Below, piece after piece: positions 1 through 13,007 of a stretch of 64,000 bases of DNA. This DNA comes from an uncultured Verrucomicrobiota bacterium. GTDB lineage: Bacteria > Verrucomicrobiota > Verrucomicrobiia > Limisphaerales > JAEYXS01. Within the stretch, counting starts at the first letter, position 1; every line of letters starts with the position of its first letter. The stretch lies in contig CAZPUL010000009.1 of assembly GCA_964589735.1 (NCBI GenBank), positions 22,254 to 86,253 on the forward strand. Direction: 5' to 3'. Position numbers and translations under genes: made by a program. The notes beneath the pieces are model-generated. The model worked only from the letters and a program-made list of their open reading frames with translations, ran no database searches and was not told the origin of the DNA.

Positions 1-386
1 AGGATGGCGCAGACTTCCTCGCCGCCAACAAGAAAAAGGCCGGCATCACCACGACCGCCTCAGGCCTGCAATACAAAGTCATCACCACGGGGACCGGTGC
101 CAAACCCAAAGCGGATAGCGTAGTGAAGACACATTACCGCGGCACTTTGCTGGACGGCACGGAATTCGACAGCTCCTACAAGCGCAATGAACCGGCTGAA
201 TTCGAAGTCGGCCAGGTGATCAAGGGCTGGACGGAAGCGTTGCAGCTCATGAATGTGGGCTCGAAGTGGCAGCTCTACATCCCGGCCGAGCTCGCTTACG
301 GCGAGCGGGGTGCAGGTGGCACCATCGGGCCAAACTCCACCCTGATCTTCGACGTGGAGCTGATTTCCATCCAGCCGAAGAACTAA
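1..386 (+). CDS. FKBP-type peptidyl-prolyl cis-trans isomerase, C-terminal part (5' end outside window)
   Basis: Frame 3 is open from the window edge: ...DFLAANKKKAGITTTASGLQYKVITTGTGAKPKADSVVKTHYRGTLLDGTEFDSSY...IKGWTEALQLM...LYIPAELAYGERGAGGTIGPNSTLIFDVELISI. This is the classic FkpA/FklB-type FKBP_C signature. Confidence 0.85.
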   Translation, partial: DGADFLAANKKKAGITTTASGLQYKVITTGTGAKPKADSVVKTHYRGTLLDGTEFDSSYKRNEPAEFEVGQVIKGWTEALQLMNVGSKWQLYIPAELAYGERGAGGTIGPNSTLIFDVELISIQPKN

Positions 387-409
387 GGCAGCAAATCACT
401 TAATGGGAG

Positions 410-445
410 GAAGGCCGGCAGGCAACTGCCGGCCTTCTTGTTTTT
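410..445 (+). terminator. Rho-independent terminator after the FKBP gene
   Basis: Perfect 12-bp stem GAAGGCCGGCAG/CTGCCGGCCTTC (410-421 / 426-437), GCAA loop, then TTGTTTTT. Confidence 0.8.
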
Positions 446-490
446 GATGCTTGTGCAAAACGGCTCATTTGGCCCAGTAATGGTGGAAAC

Positions 491-1159
491 ATGAAGTTGC
501 CTGAAACCAGCTTCCCCCTGCCCCGGCCAGACATGGATCTGGCCCAGGGAAGCAGTCGTAGACGTTTCCTGGGCATCTTGGTGGCAGGCGGCTTGACAGT
601 GGGCGGTGCGCTTCGGGCAGAAGCGAAAACGAAAGCCAAGATCAACCCCTTTCCTTACACCAAGGAAGTGCGGTCAACTACTTCAGCCCTTAAGATCACT
701 GCTGCTCGGTGGCGCTGGATTGTGCTGCATCACAGTGCCATCAAATACGGCAATGCCAGCATCTACGACAAGGCACACCGTGAACGCGGGATGGAGAACG
801 GTCTGGCGTATCATTTTGTGATCGGCAATGGCATCGACTCGGGTGATGGGGAAATCGAGATCGGAACGCGCTGGAAGAAGCAGCTAGTCGGCGGGCATGT
901 GCATCGGGAGGACATGAATGCGGTCGGCATTGGCATCTGCCTGGTCGGCAATCTGGAAGCAACCCGCCCAACGGAGAAGCAGATCACCGCCTTGCGTGAA
1001 CTGCTGGACTATCTTCGCGGTACAGCCTGGGGCAAGAAGCTGAAATTCACCGTGCACAAAGAGGTGGAGCCTGGCCGCACGATCTGTCCAGGAAAGCATT
1101 TCCCGCTCGTAATGATGCAGATGCTGTATGGCAAATCGAAAGTGCCCAAACTTGCCTAA
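491..1159 (+). CDS. N-acetylmuramoyl-L-alanine amidase (Amidase_2/PGRP-like) with Tat signal
   Basis: Twin-arginine signal SRRRFLGILVAGG. Amidase_2-like core WIVLHHSA...AYHFVIGNG...GGHV...AVGIGICLVGN...HKE..CPG. Confidence 0.8.
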   Translation: MKLPETSFPLPRPDMDLAQGSSRRRFLGILVAGGLTVGGALRAEAKTKAKINPFPYTKEVRSTTSALKITAARWRWIVLHHSAIKYGNASIYDKAHRERGMENGLAYHFVIGNGIDSGDGEIEIGTRWKKQLVGGHVHREDMNAVGIGICLVGNLEATRPTEKQITALRELLDYLRGTAWGKKLKFTVHKEVEPGRTICPGKHFPLVMMQMLYGKSKVPKLA

Positions 1160-1821
1160 CGCTTCCGGTGACGGATCAGGCTATGCATCGGGTGTATGAA
1201 GCGGAACTGGTCGCGACGATACTCCAAAGGCGGATACACGGGATTATAGCTGCTTAGGCGCACCATCTCACCGTCCTTACCAAAGGTGTGGTAGAGCTTG
1301 AAAAATACTTCACCGTTTTCTTCCAAACGGGCCACAACGACATCGCCATTCTTCGGCTGTTCGTTCGGCATGAAGATAACCCGGTCACCAGAGCGATACT
1401 CGGGCGTCATCGAGTCGCCTTCCAAGATGAGTGCATAGGCGTTCGGATCCTTGCAGTCGCTGTTGAGATATTCATCGATCTGGGTGGCAGGATCGCCATA
1501 GCTGCCGCCGTATCCGGCCGAAGCCCAACTGACGACTGGGATGGCTTGGGATTTGGTCAAGCTGGTGGCCTGCAACTGGGCCGCCAAACCACGCGGAATC
1601 GAAGAGTCATCACCAAAGAACCAGGCGATGGGACGGTTGAAGGTAGCAGCGACTTTCTGGACTTTTGCTGGATGCGGTAAAGTCTGCCCCATCTCCCAAG
1701 ATTGTACTGAACGCAAAGCCACCCCGATTTGCGTAGCTGCGTCCCGTTGCGACCAGCCCTGAGCGAGCCGACAATCCAAGAGGCGCTTACCGAACATTTG
1801 CTTTTTTTCTGCGTTTTTCAT
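1156..1821 (-). CDS. XRE-family HTH + S24 (LexA/CI-type) self-cleaving repressor
   Basis: HTH LLDCRLAQGWSQRDAATQIGVALRSVQSWEMG. S24 domain ALILEGDSMTPEY..GDRVIF...GDVVVARL..FFKL. ATG at 1821 verified (cat at 1819-1821); the ORF-track start at 1893 only adds a hydrophobic extension. The 3' end overlaps the convergent amidase stop by 4 nt. Confidence 0.8.
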   Translation of the reverse strand: MKNAEKKQMFGKRLLDCRLAQGWSQRDAATQIGVALRSVQSWEMGQTLPHPAKVQKVAATFNRPIAWFFGDDSSIPRGLAAQLQATSLTKSQAIPVVSWASAGYGGSYGDPATQIDEYLNSDCKDPNAYALILEGDSMTPEYRSGDRVIFMPNEQPKNGDVVVARLEENGEVFFKLYHTFGKDGEMVRLSSYNPVYPPLEYRRDQFRFIHPMHSLIRHRKR

Positions 1822-2102
1822 TTGACGAATCCTTGGTTGAATAGCACCATATATGAAGTTAGGAGGGAATATGGCAATCAAAAAAAGAGGCAAACCATGG
1901 AAGTCTTCAGAGTTTACTCACTCAAGTGAGTTTTTTTGAAATCCACGACAGAATCAACCAGCTTTCCGTTCTTTTTACAAACAATCGATAAAATCATATC
2001 TACATATCAAGATACGTTGATTTTTAATTTGAAAAACCTCTGCCTTATCGCTAAATTCATCAGACAAATGGGAACCTTCAATCGGTTCCCGAAAATATAG
2101 CT

Positions 2103-5100
2103 GTGGCAACGTCATCTAAATATACGGTCGGTTCGGGCGAAGTGCTGGAAAAGCTTCTACGGGAACGCATTGTCATCATCGACGGCGCGATGGGCACCAC
2201 CATCCGCACTTACGGCATGACCGAAGCGGACATCCGCGGACAGCGCTTTGCCAACTCCAAGAAGGATCTGCTGAATAACGGAGATCTCTTTTCCCTTACT
2301 CAGCCGAAGATGATCTGTGACATCCACCGCTGCTTCCTCGAAGCCGGTGCGAATATCATCGAGACGAACACCTTCTCCGCCACCAGCATCGGCCAGAGCG
2401 AATTCTTCGTAGATGACCCGCGTGAGCATGGTGGCCGTAAAGATCCGGAATTCTATCAAAAGATCATCGATGACAAGTTCCTCAATGAACTGGCGTGGGA
2501 GATCAATGAGCAATCCGCACGGCAATGTCGTGAATGGGCGGACCGCATCGCGAACAAGGATGGCAAGCCACGTTTTGTCGCTGGTGCAGTAGGACCACTG
2601 ACCGTCTCGCTCTCGAACTCACCGGATGCGGATGATGCAGGTTTCCGCGTGGTGACGTTTGACCAGGTGAAGGCAGTGTATCGCAACCAGATCCGGGCGC
2701 TCATCGCCGGTGGCTCGGACATCCTGATGGTGGAAACGATTTTTGACTCGCTAAACGCGAAGGCGGCTCTGGTCGCCATTCAGGAAATCTTTGACGAGGA
2801 CAAGGTCAAGTTGCCCGTCATCATCTCTGCAGCCGTCGGGCGGGGCGGCGAAACGATGATCTCTGCCCAGACAGTCGAGGCATATTGGAATGCGATGAAG
2901 CACATCCAGCCACTGGCGATCGGACTGAACTGCTCGCTCGGACCGGACTTGATGAGACCGTTCCTGGCAGAACTCGCCACGAAGTCCGATGCCTTCATCT
3001 CGTGCTATCCAAACGCTGGCTTGCCGAATCCACTGTCCCCTACCGGCTTCGACTTGAAGCCCGAGGATATGGGCAATTACCTGACGGATTTTGCGCAAGG
3101 CGGCCTGATCAACATCGCCGGTGGTTGCTGCGGCAATACGCCCGAGCATATCGCGGCCATTGCGAAAGCGCTGGAGGGACGGCATCCCCGCGAAGTTCTG
3201 GATAAAACCGGACGCAAGATTTTCAACGCACCACCCTCCCCCGCTCCAGCGAAACAAGAGAAAGAACCGACGAAGCCTTTGCGTCTAAGCGGTTCGCAAC
3301 CGTTTACTCAACAGATCGGGACCTACATCATGATCGGTGAGCGGACGAATGTGGCAGGGTCGCCGAAATTCGCGAAACTCATCAAAGAAGGCAAATACGA
3401 GGAAGCGGTAAGCATCGCCCGGCAGCAGGTGGAGAACGGCGCGAACATCATCGATATCTGCATGGACGAAGGCATGATCGATGGCGTGGCCGCGATGACG
3501 CGCTTTCTGCAATTGCTTGGCTCCGAGCCGGAAGTGGCCAAGGTGCCCTTCATGGTGGATTCATCCAAGTGGGAGGTCATCGAGGCCGGTCTGAAATGCC
3601 TCCAAGGCAAAGGCATCGTGAACTCCATCTCGCTGAAGGAAGGTGAGGAGAAATTCCGTGAAAACGCTCGCAAAATCCTTAAGTATGGTGCGGCTGTGGT
3701 CGTGATGGCCTTTGATGAAAATGGCCAGGCAGCGACTTATGCGGAGAAAATTCGCATCTGCGAGCGCGCCTATCGCATCCTCGTGGATGAAGTCGGTTTC
3801 CCGTCGGAAGATATCATCTTCGATCCGAACATCCTCACCGTCGCAACGGGCATCGAGGAACATAACAACTACGGCGTGGACTTCATCGAAGCCACCCGCT
3901 GGATCAAGGCGAACTTGCCGCATGCGAAAGTGAGCGGTGGCGTCTCCAACATCTCGTTCAGCTTCCGTGGCAACAATGCGGTGCGCGAGGCCATGCACAG
4001 TGCGTTCCTCTATCATGCCATCGCGGCCGGCATGGACATGGGTATCGTGAACGCAGGCATGCTGGAGGTTTACGAGGAGATCAAGCCGGAGTTGAAGGAA
4101 CTTGTGGAGGATGTGCTGCTGAATCGCCGTCCTGATGCTACGGAACGATTGGTTACATACGGTGAGAAGCTAAAGGCCGAGAGCGCTGGCACGGTCGTCA
4201 GTGATAAAAAAGAAGAAGAGCAATGGCGCAAAGGCACGGTCGAAGAACGCCTTTCGCATGCGCTCGTGAAGGGTATCGATACCTACATCGAGACAGATAC
4301 GGAAGAGGCCCGCGCGAAGCTCGGCAAACCGTTGCTAGTGATTGAAGGGCCGTTGATGGACGGCATGGGCGTCGTCGGCGATCTTTTCGGTGCAGGCAAG
4401 ATGTTCCTGCCGCAAGTGGTTAAATCCGCCCGCGTGATGAAAAAGGCCGTAGCCTATCTCACACCGTTCATGGAAGCGGAGAAGGCCGCGATGATAGCCT
4501 CCGGTCAAACCGTGAAAGCACAGGGTAAGATCATCCTCGCGACCGTGAAAGGCGACGTGCATGACATCGGCAAGAACATCGTGGGCGTGGTGCTCGCGTG
4601 CAATAATTTTGAGGTCATCGACATGGGTGTGATGGTGCCGTGCGAGAAAATTCTCGAACGCGCCAAGCTGGAGAATGCGGACATCATAGGTTTAAGCGGA
4701 TTGATCACGCCATCACTCGATGAGATGACCCATGTCGCCCGTGAGATGGAACGGCAAGGCTTCAAGCTGCCCTTGCTCATCGGTGGTGCGACGACAAGTC
4801 GCGCGCATACGGCGGTCAAAATCGCGCAGCACTACAGCCAACCAGTAGTGCATGTGCTCGATGCCAGCCGTGCCGTGCCGGTGACCACCACTCTGCTCAA
4901 TTCTGAGGATAAAAAAGGATTCGTGGAGAAGCTGAATGACGATTACGAGAAGCTGCGCCAACAGCACGCAGGGCGGAAACAGAAGCTCGTGAGCATCGAG
5001 CAAGCGCGGGCGAACGCACCGAAACTGAGTTACGAGGGCTTGACGAAGCCGGAGTTCATCGGCGCACGGGTCATCGAAGACATGGACCTCGCGACCTTGC

Positions 5101-5963
5101 GTGGGTTCATCGATTGGTCGCCTTTCTTCCACACCTGGGAATTGCGCGGCCGTTATCCCTCCATCCTCACCCATGAGAAGTATGGTGTGGAAGCGACGAA
5201 GCTCTTCAACGACGCGAACAGGTTGATGGACGAGATCATCGCGAAGAGGTTGATCCGCGCGAAAGGCATCTACGGTTTCTTCCCGGCGAACCGCCAGGGC
5301 GCAGATGATGTCGATCTCTTCACGGATGAGACGCGTCAACAAAAGCTGATGACGCTGCACTTCCTGCGGCAGCAGCATGACAAGGAAGCGGGCATGGCGA
5401 ATTGGTCCCTCGCGGACTTCGTCGCGCCAACGGGCACGGCGGATTATTTCGGCGCTTTCGCTGTCACCACGGGCATCGGACTCGATGAGTTGGTGAAGAA
5501 ATACAAAGCGGACCACGATGACTATAACGCCATCATGGCAGAGGCCATCGCCGACCGTCTGGCTGAAGCCTTTGCTGAGTATTTGCACAAGAAAGCGCGC
5601 GAGGAGTGGGGGTACGGCAAGAGCGAGAACCTGAGCCCGGATGATTTGATCGAAGAAAAATATCGTGGCATCCGCCCTGCCCCGGGTTATCCGGCATGCC
5701 CGGATCATACGGAGAAACGGCTGCTCTGGGAGTTGCTGGATGTGGAAAAGACCGCCGGCATCAAACTCACGGAATCCTGCGCCATGTGGCCGGGCAGCAG
5801 CGTGAGCGGTTTCTACTTCGGCCATCCCGAGTCGAAATATTTTGCTGTGGGCAAGTTGGAACGGGACCAGTTACTGGACTACCATCAGCGCAAGGGCATG
5901 ACTCTGGCAGAAGCCGAGCGCTGGCTCGGTCCCTGGCTGAATTACGATCCGGCCAAAGCCTGA
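2103..5963 (+). CDS. metH: Cobalamin-dependent methionine synthase
   Basis: 1286 aa with a GTG start. Hcy-binding module ([24 protein letters not shown]), pterin-binding module, B12-binding DxHxxG ([11 protein letters not shown]), and a C-terminal AdoMet activation domain. Confidence 0.95.
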   Translation: MATSSKYTVGSGEVLEKLLRERIVIIDGAMGTTIRTYGMTEADIRGQRFANSKKDLLNNGDLFSLTQPKMICDIHRCFLEAGANIIETNTFSATSIGQSEFFVDDPREHGGRKDPEFYQKIIDDKFLNELAWEINEQSARQCREWADRIANKDGKPRFVAGAVGPLTVSLSNSPDADDAGFRVVTFDQVKAVYRNQIRALIAGGSDILMVETIFDSLNAKAALVAIQEIFDEDKVKLPVIISAAVGRGGETMISAQTVEAYWNAMKHIQPLAIGLNCSLGPDLMRPFLAELATKSDAFISCYPNAGLPNPLSPTGFDLKPEDMGNYLTDFAQGGLINIAGGCCGNTPEHIAAIAKALEGRHPREVLDKTGRKIFNAPPSPAPAKQEKEPTKPLRLSGSQPFTQQIGTYIMIGERTNVAGSPKFAKLIKEGKYEEAVSIARQQVENGANIIDICMDEGMIDGVAAMTRFLQLLGSEPEVAKVPFMVDSSKWEVIEAGLKCLQGKGIVNSISLKEGEEKFRENARKILKYGAAVVVMAFDENGQAATYAEKIRICERAYRILVDEVGFPSEDIIFDPNILTVATGIEEHNNYGVDFIEATRWIKANLPHAKVSGGVSNISFSFRGNNAVREAMHSAFLYHAIAAGMDMGIVNAGMLEVYEEIKPELKELVEDVLLNRRPDATERLVTYGEKLKAESAGTVVSDKKEEEQWRKGTVEERLSHALVKGIDTYIETDTEEARAKLGKPLLVIEGPLMDGMGVVGDLFGAGKMFLPQVVKSARVMKKAVAYLTPFMEAEKAAMIASGQTVKAQGKIILATVKGDVHDIGKNIVGVVLACNNFEVIDMGVMVPCEKILERAKLENADIIGLSGLITPSLDEMTHVAREMERQGFKLPLLIGGATTSRAHTAVKIAQHYSQPVVHVLDASRAVPVTTTLLNSEDKKGFVEKLNDDYEKLRQQHAGRKQKLVSIEQARANAPKLSYEGLTKPEFIGARVIEDMDLATLRGFIDWSPFFHTWELRGRYPSILTHEKYGVEATKLFNDANRLMDEIIAKRLIRAKGIYGFFPANRQGADDVDLFTDETRQQKLMTLHFLRQQHDKEAGMANWSLADFVAPTGTADYFGAFAVTTGIGLDELVKKYKADHDDYNAIMAEAIADRLAEAFAEYLHKKAREEWGYGKSENLSPDDLIEEKYRGIRPAPGYPACPDHTEKRLLWELLDVEKTAGIKLTESCAMWPGSSVSGFYFGHPESKYFAVGKLERDQLLDYHQRKGMTLAEAERWLGPWLNYDPAKA

Positions 5964-6005
5964 AGTGTTCAGCCCGGCGGAGGACTCACAGACAGGCTGC
6001 TGGTC

Positions 6006-8063
6006 CTACACTGCCGGCCCGCTTTGCGTGATGATGCTGCGCACTTTGTTCAGCAGCATCTCAGGTGTATACGGCTTTTGTATGAAGGCAGCCGGGGCCT
6101 TGGTCGTGAAGCGGTTGATGACCTCGCTTTCGCTGAAACCGCTCATCAAAAGCACTTTCACCCCCGGCACGATCATGCGCATGGCGTTGAAGGCCTGATG
6201 CCCATCCATCTTTGGCATCGTCAGATCCAGCACCACCGCCACGATCAGCGCCCGGTGCTCACGGAACACCTCGAGTCCCTCCGCACCATCCGCCGCCGTC
6301 AACACTTGGAAACCGGCTTCCTGCAGGGCCCGGCGACAGACTTCACGCACGGTTTCCTCGTCATCCACTACCAGCACAGTCCCGGTCTGTTTTCTACGCG
6401 CGGCACCAGCCTCCTCTTTTAGCTGCCTTGAGGCCGTGTCATACTTCTCTTTCACCGGCTTGAAGAATACCCGGAAAGTGCTGCCGATGTCCTTGGTGCT
6501 GGATACGGTCAGAATGCCTGCCTGGCTGCGCACAATCCCCAAGACGGCTGGCAGCCCCAAACCGCGACCGATAAATTTGGTGGTGAAGAATGGATCAAAC
6601 ATCCGCAACTTGGTCTTCTCATCCATGCCACAGCCATCGTCCTTCACTTCAAACATCACATATTCATCATGCAGTTTCTCCGGCCGGCATATGGCACCGG
6701 CCAAAAGAGCCTCCTCTGGCGTCACCCGTTTCGTAGTGATCTTCACACAGCCGTTATTGCCTTCCAATGCTTCCAAGGCATTCATCATGAGGTTCATGAT
6801 CAACTGCCGCATCTGCATGGGGTCGCCCAGCACTGGCGGCACGCCAGGTTCCGAATCGAACGAGATTTCGGCGCGGCTGGAATAAGTCGTCCGTAACAGG
6901 GAAACCGTATCCCGGGCAATGTCACTAAGATAAACCGGCCCTAAAATGAACCGTCCACCACCGGCATAGGCGAGCAATTGCCGGCAGAGGTCCGCCGCCC
7001 GTTGCGCGTCCTTCTCAATATCGGTCAAATAGACTGTCATCTCCGCACCAGCCTGCCCATCTTCCTTGACCATGGCCGCATTACAGATGATGCCGGTCAG
7101 CAGATTGTTGAAGTCATGGGCAATCCCGCCCGCCAGCACGCCCAAACTTTCCAACCGTTGCGTTTCCTGCAAGCGGTTGCGCACCAACTCACGGTCTCGT
7201 TCAGCCCGTTTGCGGTCGGTTATATCGATGAATGCCCCCACGGCTCCACGCACCTTACCGGTTTGATCTTGCAAAGGCGCGGCATAGCCCAGGATGTGAC
7301 GGCGCTCACCATCTTGAAAAACGATATCCTCCTCAAACTCATCCACCGTCACGCCTTTGCTGGCTGCCATCTGGATGGGCAAATCCTCCGGCTTAAGCTT
7401 CACCCCTTGGTGTTCCACATGAAAATGATGGGGGGCCTGTTCCGAAGGAGCGCTCAACGAGGCGTTTTGATTCTCATCCACCCTGAGCATCCTAGCGAAC
7501 GCCGCATTGGTCTTGATGGTCAGGCAGGCCGGGTCCTGCGCGATGCCGATACCGACCGGCAGGACTTTTAGCAGCGTCTCCAGTTCCTGCACCCGATTCT
7601 GCAAATCGAGGTTTAGCCGTCTCACTTCCTCCTCGGCTGCCTTGCGCTGCTCGACTTCCCGCGCCAGATCTTGATTCACTTGGGCAAGGCCCGGTAGCGC
7701 CATGGCCTTAGGCAGGTGCTTTATCAGCACCAGCACTGTCGCCCAAGAGGCAGTGGCTGTGATGATCTTCAATAAGCCTGAAAAATGATAGACGGGACGC
7801 CAGAAAATGACCGCTTCCACCAGATGCACCAACCCGCAGGAGAGGATGAAAGCCGCAAACAGCCAGTATAACTTGGGGAAAATAACCTCCCCTTTCCGGC
7901 TGCGAACATAGTATGCGATCGAGAGCGGGATGGCCGCATAGGCACCAAAGATGGCCAGATCGGACAGGATATGTACCCATCCATGCAAGTCCGTCCATTG
8001 CCCGCAATTCCAGCGGGCAGGAAAATCGCTGGTGTCGAACAGACTGGTTATAAGTGAAAACAT
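6006..8063 (-). CDS. Hybrid sensor histidine kinase: ETR1-like 3-TM N-terminal domain, coiled coil, PAS, HisKA, HATPase_c, receiver
   Basis: HisKA H-box GGIAHDFNNLLTGI, HATPase G-boxes (DDGCGMD, GRGLGL), and a C-terminal REC (VLVVDDEE...LDLTMPKMDG). The N-terminal membrane domain is discussed in the findings. Confidence 0.85.
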   Translation of the reverse strand: MFSLITSLFDTSDFPARWNCGQWTDLHGWVHILSDLAIFGAYAAIPLSIAYYVRSRKGEVIFPKLYWLFAAFILSCGLVHLVEAVIFWRPVYHFSGLLKIITATASWATVLVLIKHLPKAMALPGLAQVNQDLAREVEQRKAAEEEVRRLNLDLQNRVQELETLLKVLPVGIGIAQDPACLTIKTNAAFARMLRVDENQNASLSAPSEQAPHHFHVEHQGVKLKPEDLPIQMAASKGVTVDEFEEDIVFQDGERRHILGYAAPLQDQTGKVRGAVGAFIDITDRKRAERDRELVRNRLQETQRLESLGVLAGGIAHDFNNLLTGIICNAAMVKEDGQAGAEMTVYLTDIEKDAQRAADLCRQLLAYAGGGRFILGPVYLSDIARDTVSLLRTTYSSRAEISFDSEPGVPPVLGDPMQMRQLIMNLMMNALEALEGNNGCVKITTKRVTPEEALLAGAICRPEKLHDEYVMFEVKDDGCGMDEKTKLRMFDPFFTTKFIGRGLGLPAVLGIVRSQAGILTVSSTKDIGSTFRVFFKPVKEKYDTASRQLKEEAGAARRKQTGTVLVVDDEETVREVCRRALQEAGFQVLTAADGAEGLEVFREHRALIVAVVLDLTMPKMDGHQAFNAMRMIVPGVKVLLMSGFSESEVINRFTTKAPAAFIQKPYTPEMLLNKVRSIITQSGPAV

Positions 8064-8281
8064 AATTCAAATTCGGCTCTGCATTAGCGTCAACCTCTTG
8101 GCTGTTCATGCAGACAATACACCTCCCCCTTCAAACCACCAATCCCGAAAGTGATTCTCTATGCGTAATCCCCTGAAATGCAAGCCATAGCCGCTCAGAA
8201 AGCCAGCGCAGAATAATACATGCTTTCGCCAAAATTCCTCCATTGTTAGGGGCTCAACTTGTAGTAGACTGTCGGCTACAC

Positions 8282-11437
<3,156 letters not shown>

Positions 11438-11438
11438 T

Positions 11439-12899
11439 ATGAACTGGCCACTCCCTTTCAGTCCCGATCATCGCGCCAGCCTCAACCGTCGCACGTTCCT
11501 CACGCGCAGCGGCCTGGGTCTCGGTTCGCTGGCCTTCGGCTCCCTGCTCTTTCGCGATGGTCGACAGGTCATGGCGGCAGAAGCACCACGTGGAATCGCG
11601 ACCGGCGGCGTCATCAATCCCCCGCACTACCCTATCAAGGCCAAGCGCGTCATCCATCTCTGCATGGCAGGCGGACCTTCCCAAGTCGAATCGTTTGATC
11701 CCAAGCCAGAACTCAAGAAGATCGATGGCCAGCCGTTCCCGGAATCACTGACCAAAGGCCAGCAACTTGCCCAGCTGCAAGGCACCGTCTTGAAAGCCCG
11801 CGGTTCCTTCGTGGATTTCAAGAAGCACGGTAAATCTGGCCAGGAAATCTCCAATCTGTTCCCGCACATCTCGGGAATAGCGGACGACATCTGCATCATC
11901 CGTTCGATGGTGACAGAGCAGATCAATCATGATCCGGCGCACGCCTTCATGAACTCCGGCTCCATCCTGAAAGGCCGTCCCAGCATGGGTTCATGGCTTC
12001 TATATGGTCTCGGCGCAGAGACCGACAGTTTGCCTGGCTTTGTAGTGCTCGTTTCTCAAGGCAAAGGCGGTGGTGCTCAACCTGTCTCCGCCCGGCAATG
12101 GTCCAGCGGCTTTTTGCCGAGCCGGTTTCAGGGCATCCAGTTCCAGTCCAAGGGGGATGCGGTGCATTACGTCGGATATCCCGACGGTGTCTGCCAGAGC
12201 AATCAGCGATTGATCGTGGAGGAGATCAACCGGCTGAACGGGCAATTGTCACAAGAGCGTCTTGATCCCGAGATCCAGACGCGCATGAGCCAGTATGAGA
12301 TGGCCTTCCGCATGCAGAGTTCGGTGCCTGAACTGACGGATTTCAAAAAGGAGCCGCAAAGCATTCTCGACCTGTACGGAGTGAAGGAACCGGGTGATGG
12401 CAGTTTTGCCTCGAACTGCCTGCTGGCCCGCCGTCTGGCCGAACGCGGTGTGCGCTTCATCCAACTCTATCATCGTGCGTGGGATCATCACGGCGACATC
12501 GAGAAGAACATGCCCAAGGCAGCGCTAGAAACGGACCAAGCGAGTGCGGCTCTGGTGAACGACTTGAAGCAGCGCGGTCTGCTGGATGACACACTCATCA
12601 TCTGGGGCGGCGAATTCGGCCGTACGCCGATGGGGCAAGGCACCGGCCGTGATCACCACATCCTCGCCTTCTCCATCTGGATGGCGGGCGGCGGCATGAA
12701 ACCCGGTATCACCTACGGAGCTACGGATGAATTCTCCTACCGGGCCGTGGAGAATGTGGTGAACATGCGGGACCTGCATGCCACCATGCTCCACCAGTGC
12801 GGCATCGACCACAACCGTTTCAGCGTCAAGTTCCAAGGCTTGGATGCCAAGTTGACCGGGGTGGAACCGGCCAAGGTGCTCAAAGCCATCCTCGCATAA
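11439..12899 (+). CDS. DUF1501 (sulfatase-like) protein with Tat signal
   Basis: NRRTFLTRSGLGLGSLAFG twin-arginine signal. DUF1501-type motifs (MAGGPSQVESFDPKP, WDHHGD, GGEFGRTP, GRDHH). Starts 1 nt after the stop of the preceding PSD1 gene. Confidence 0.85.
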   Translation: MNWPLPFSPDHRASLNRRTFLTRSGLGLGSLAFGSLLFRDGRQVMAAEAPRGIATGGVINPPHYPIKAKRVIHLCMAGGPSQVESFDPKPELKKIDGQPFPESLTKGQQLAQLQGTVLKARGSFVDFKKHGKSGQEISNLFPHISGIADDICIIRSMVTEQINHDPAHAFMNSGSILKGRPSMGSWLLYGLGAETDSLPGFVVLVSQGKGGGAQPVSARQWSSGFLPSRFQGIQFQSKGDAVHYVGYPDGVCQSNQRLIVEEINRLNGQLSQERLDPEIQTRMSQYEMAFRMQSSVPELTDFKKEPQSILDLYGVKEPGDGSFASNCLLARRLAERGVRFIQLYHRAWDHHGDIEKNMPKAALETDQASAALVNDLKQRGLLDDTLIIWGGEFGRTPMGQGTGRDHHILAFSIWMAGGGMKPGITYGATDEFSYRAVENVVNMRDLHATMLHQCGIDHNRFSVKFQGLDAKLTGVEPAKVLKAILA

Positions 12900-12906
12900 G
12901 CAAAAT

Positions 12907-12985
12907 GGCGCGGTGTTGCCGGGTAAGCGTAAACAGTTGTATGAAGCTCATCTGCTCCGAACCGTTTTTGCTACAACACCGCGCC
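12907..12985. repeat. 12-bp perfect inverted repeat with 55-nt spacer between convergent genes
   Basis: GGCGCGGTGTTG (12907-12918) pairs perfectly with CAACACCGCGCC (12974-12985). Confidence 0.6.
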
Positions 12986-13007
12986 TGCAGAATATTTGCG
13001 TGAAGCT

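Noticed and set aside
1-2102. Prophage or mobile-element remnant suggested by a CI-like repressor next to a cell-wall amidase
   Set aside because: No integrase, terminase, capsid/tail genes, att-like repeats or tRNA are nearby. The amidase has a Tat signal typical of a housekeeping periplasmic enzyme, and the flanks are FKBP and metH.
4713-5825. 370-aa ORF antisense to metH
   Set aside because: It is codon-aligned antisense to metH (frame arithmetic checked). Its composition is Arg/Leu-rich and it carries no motifs.
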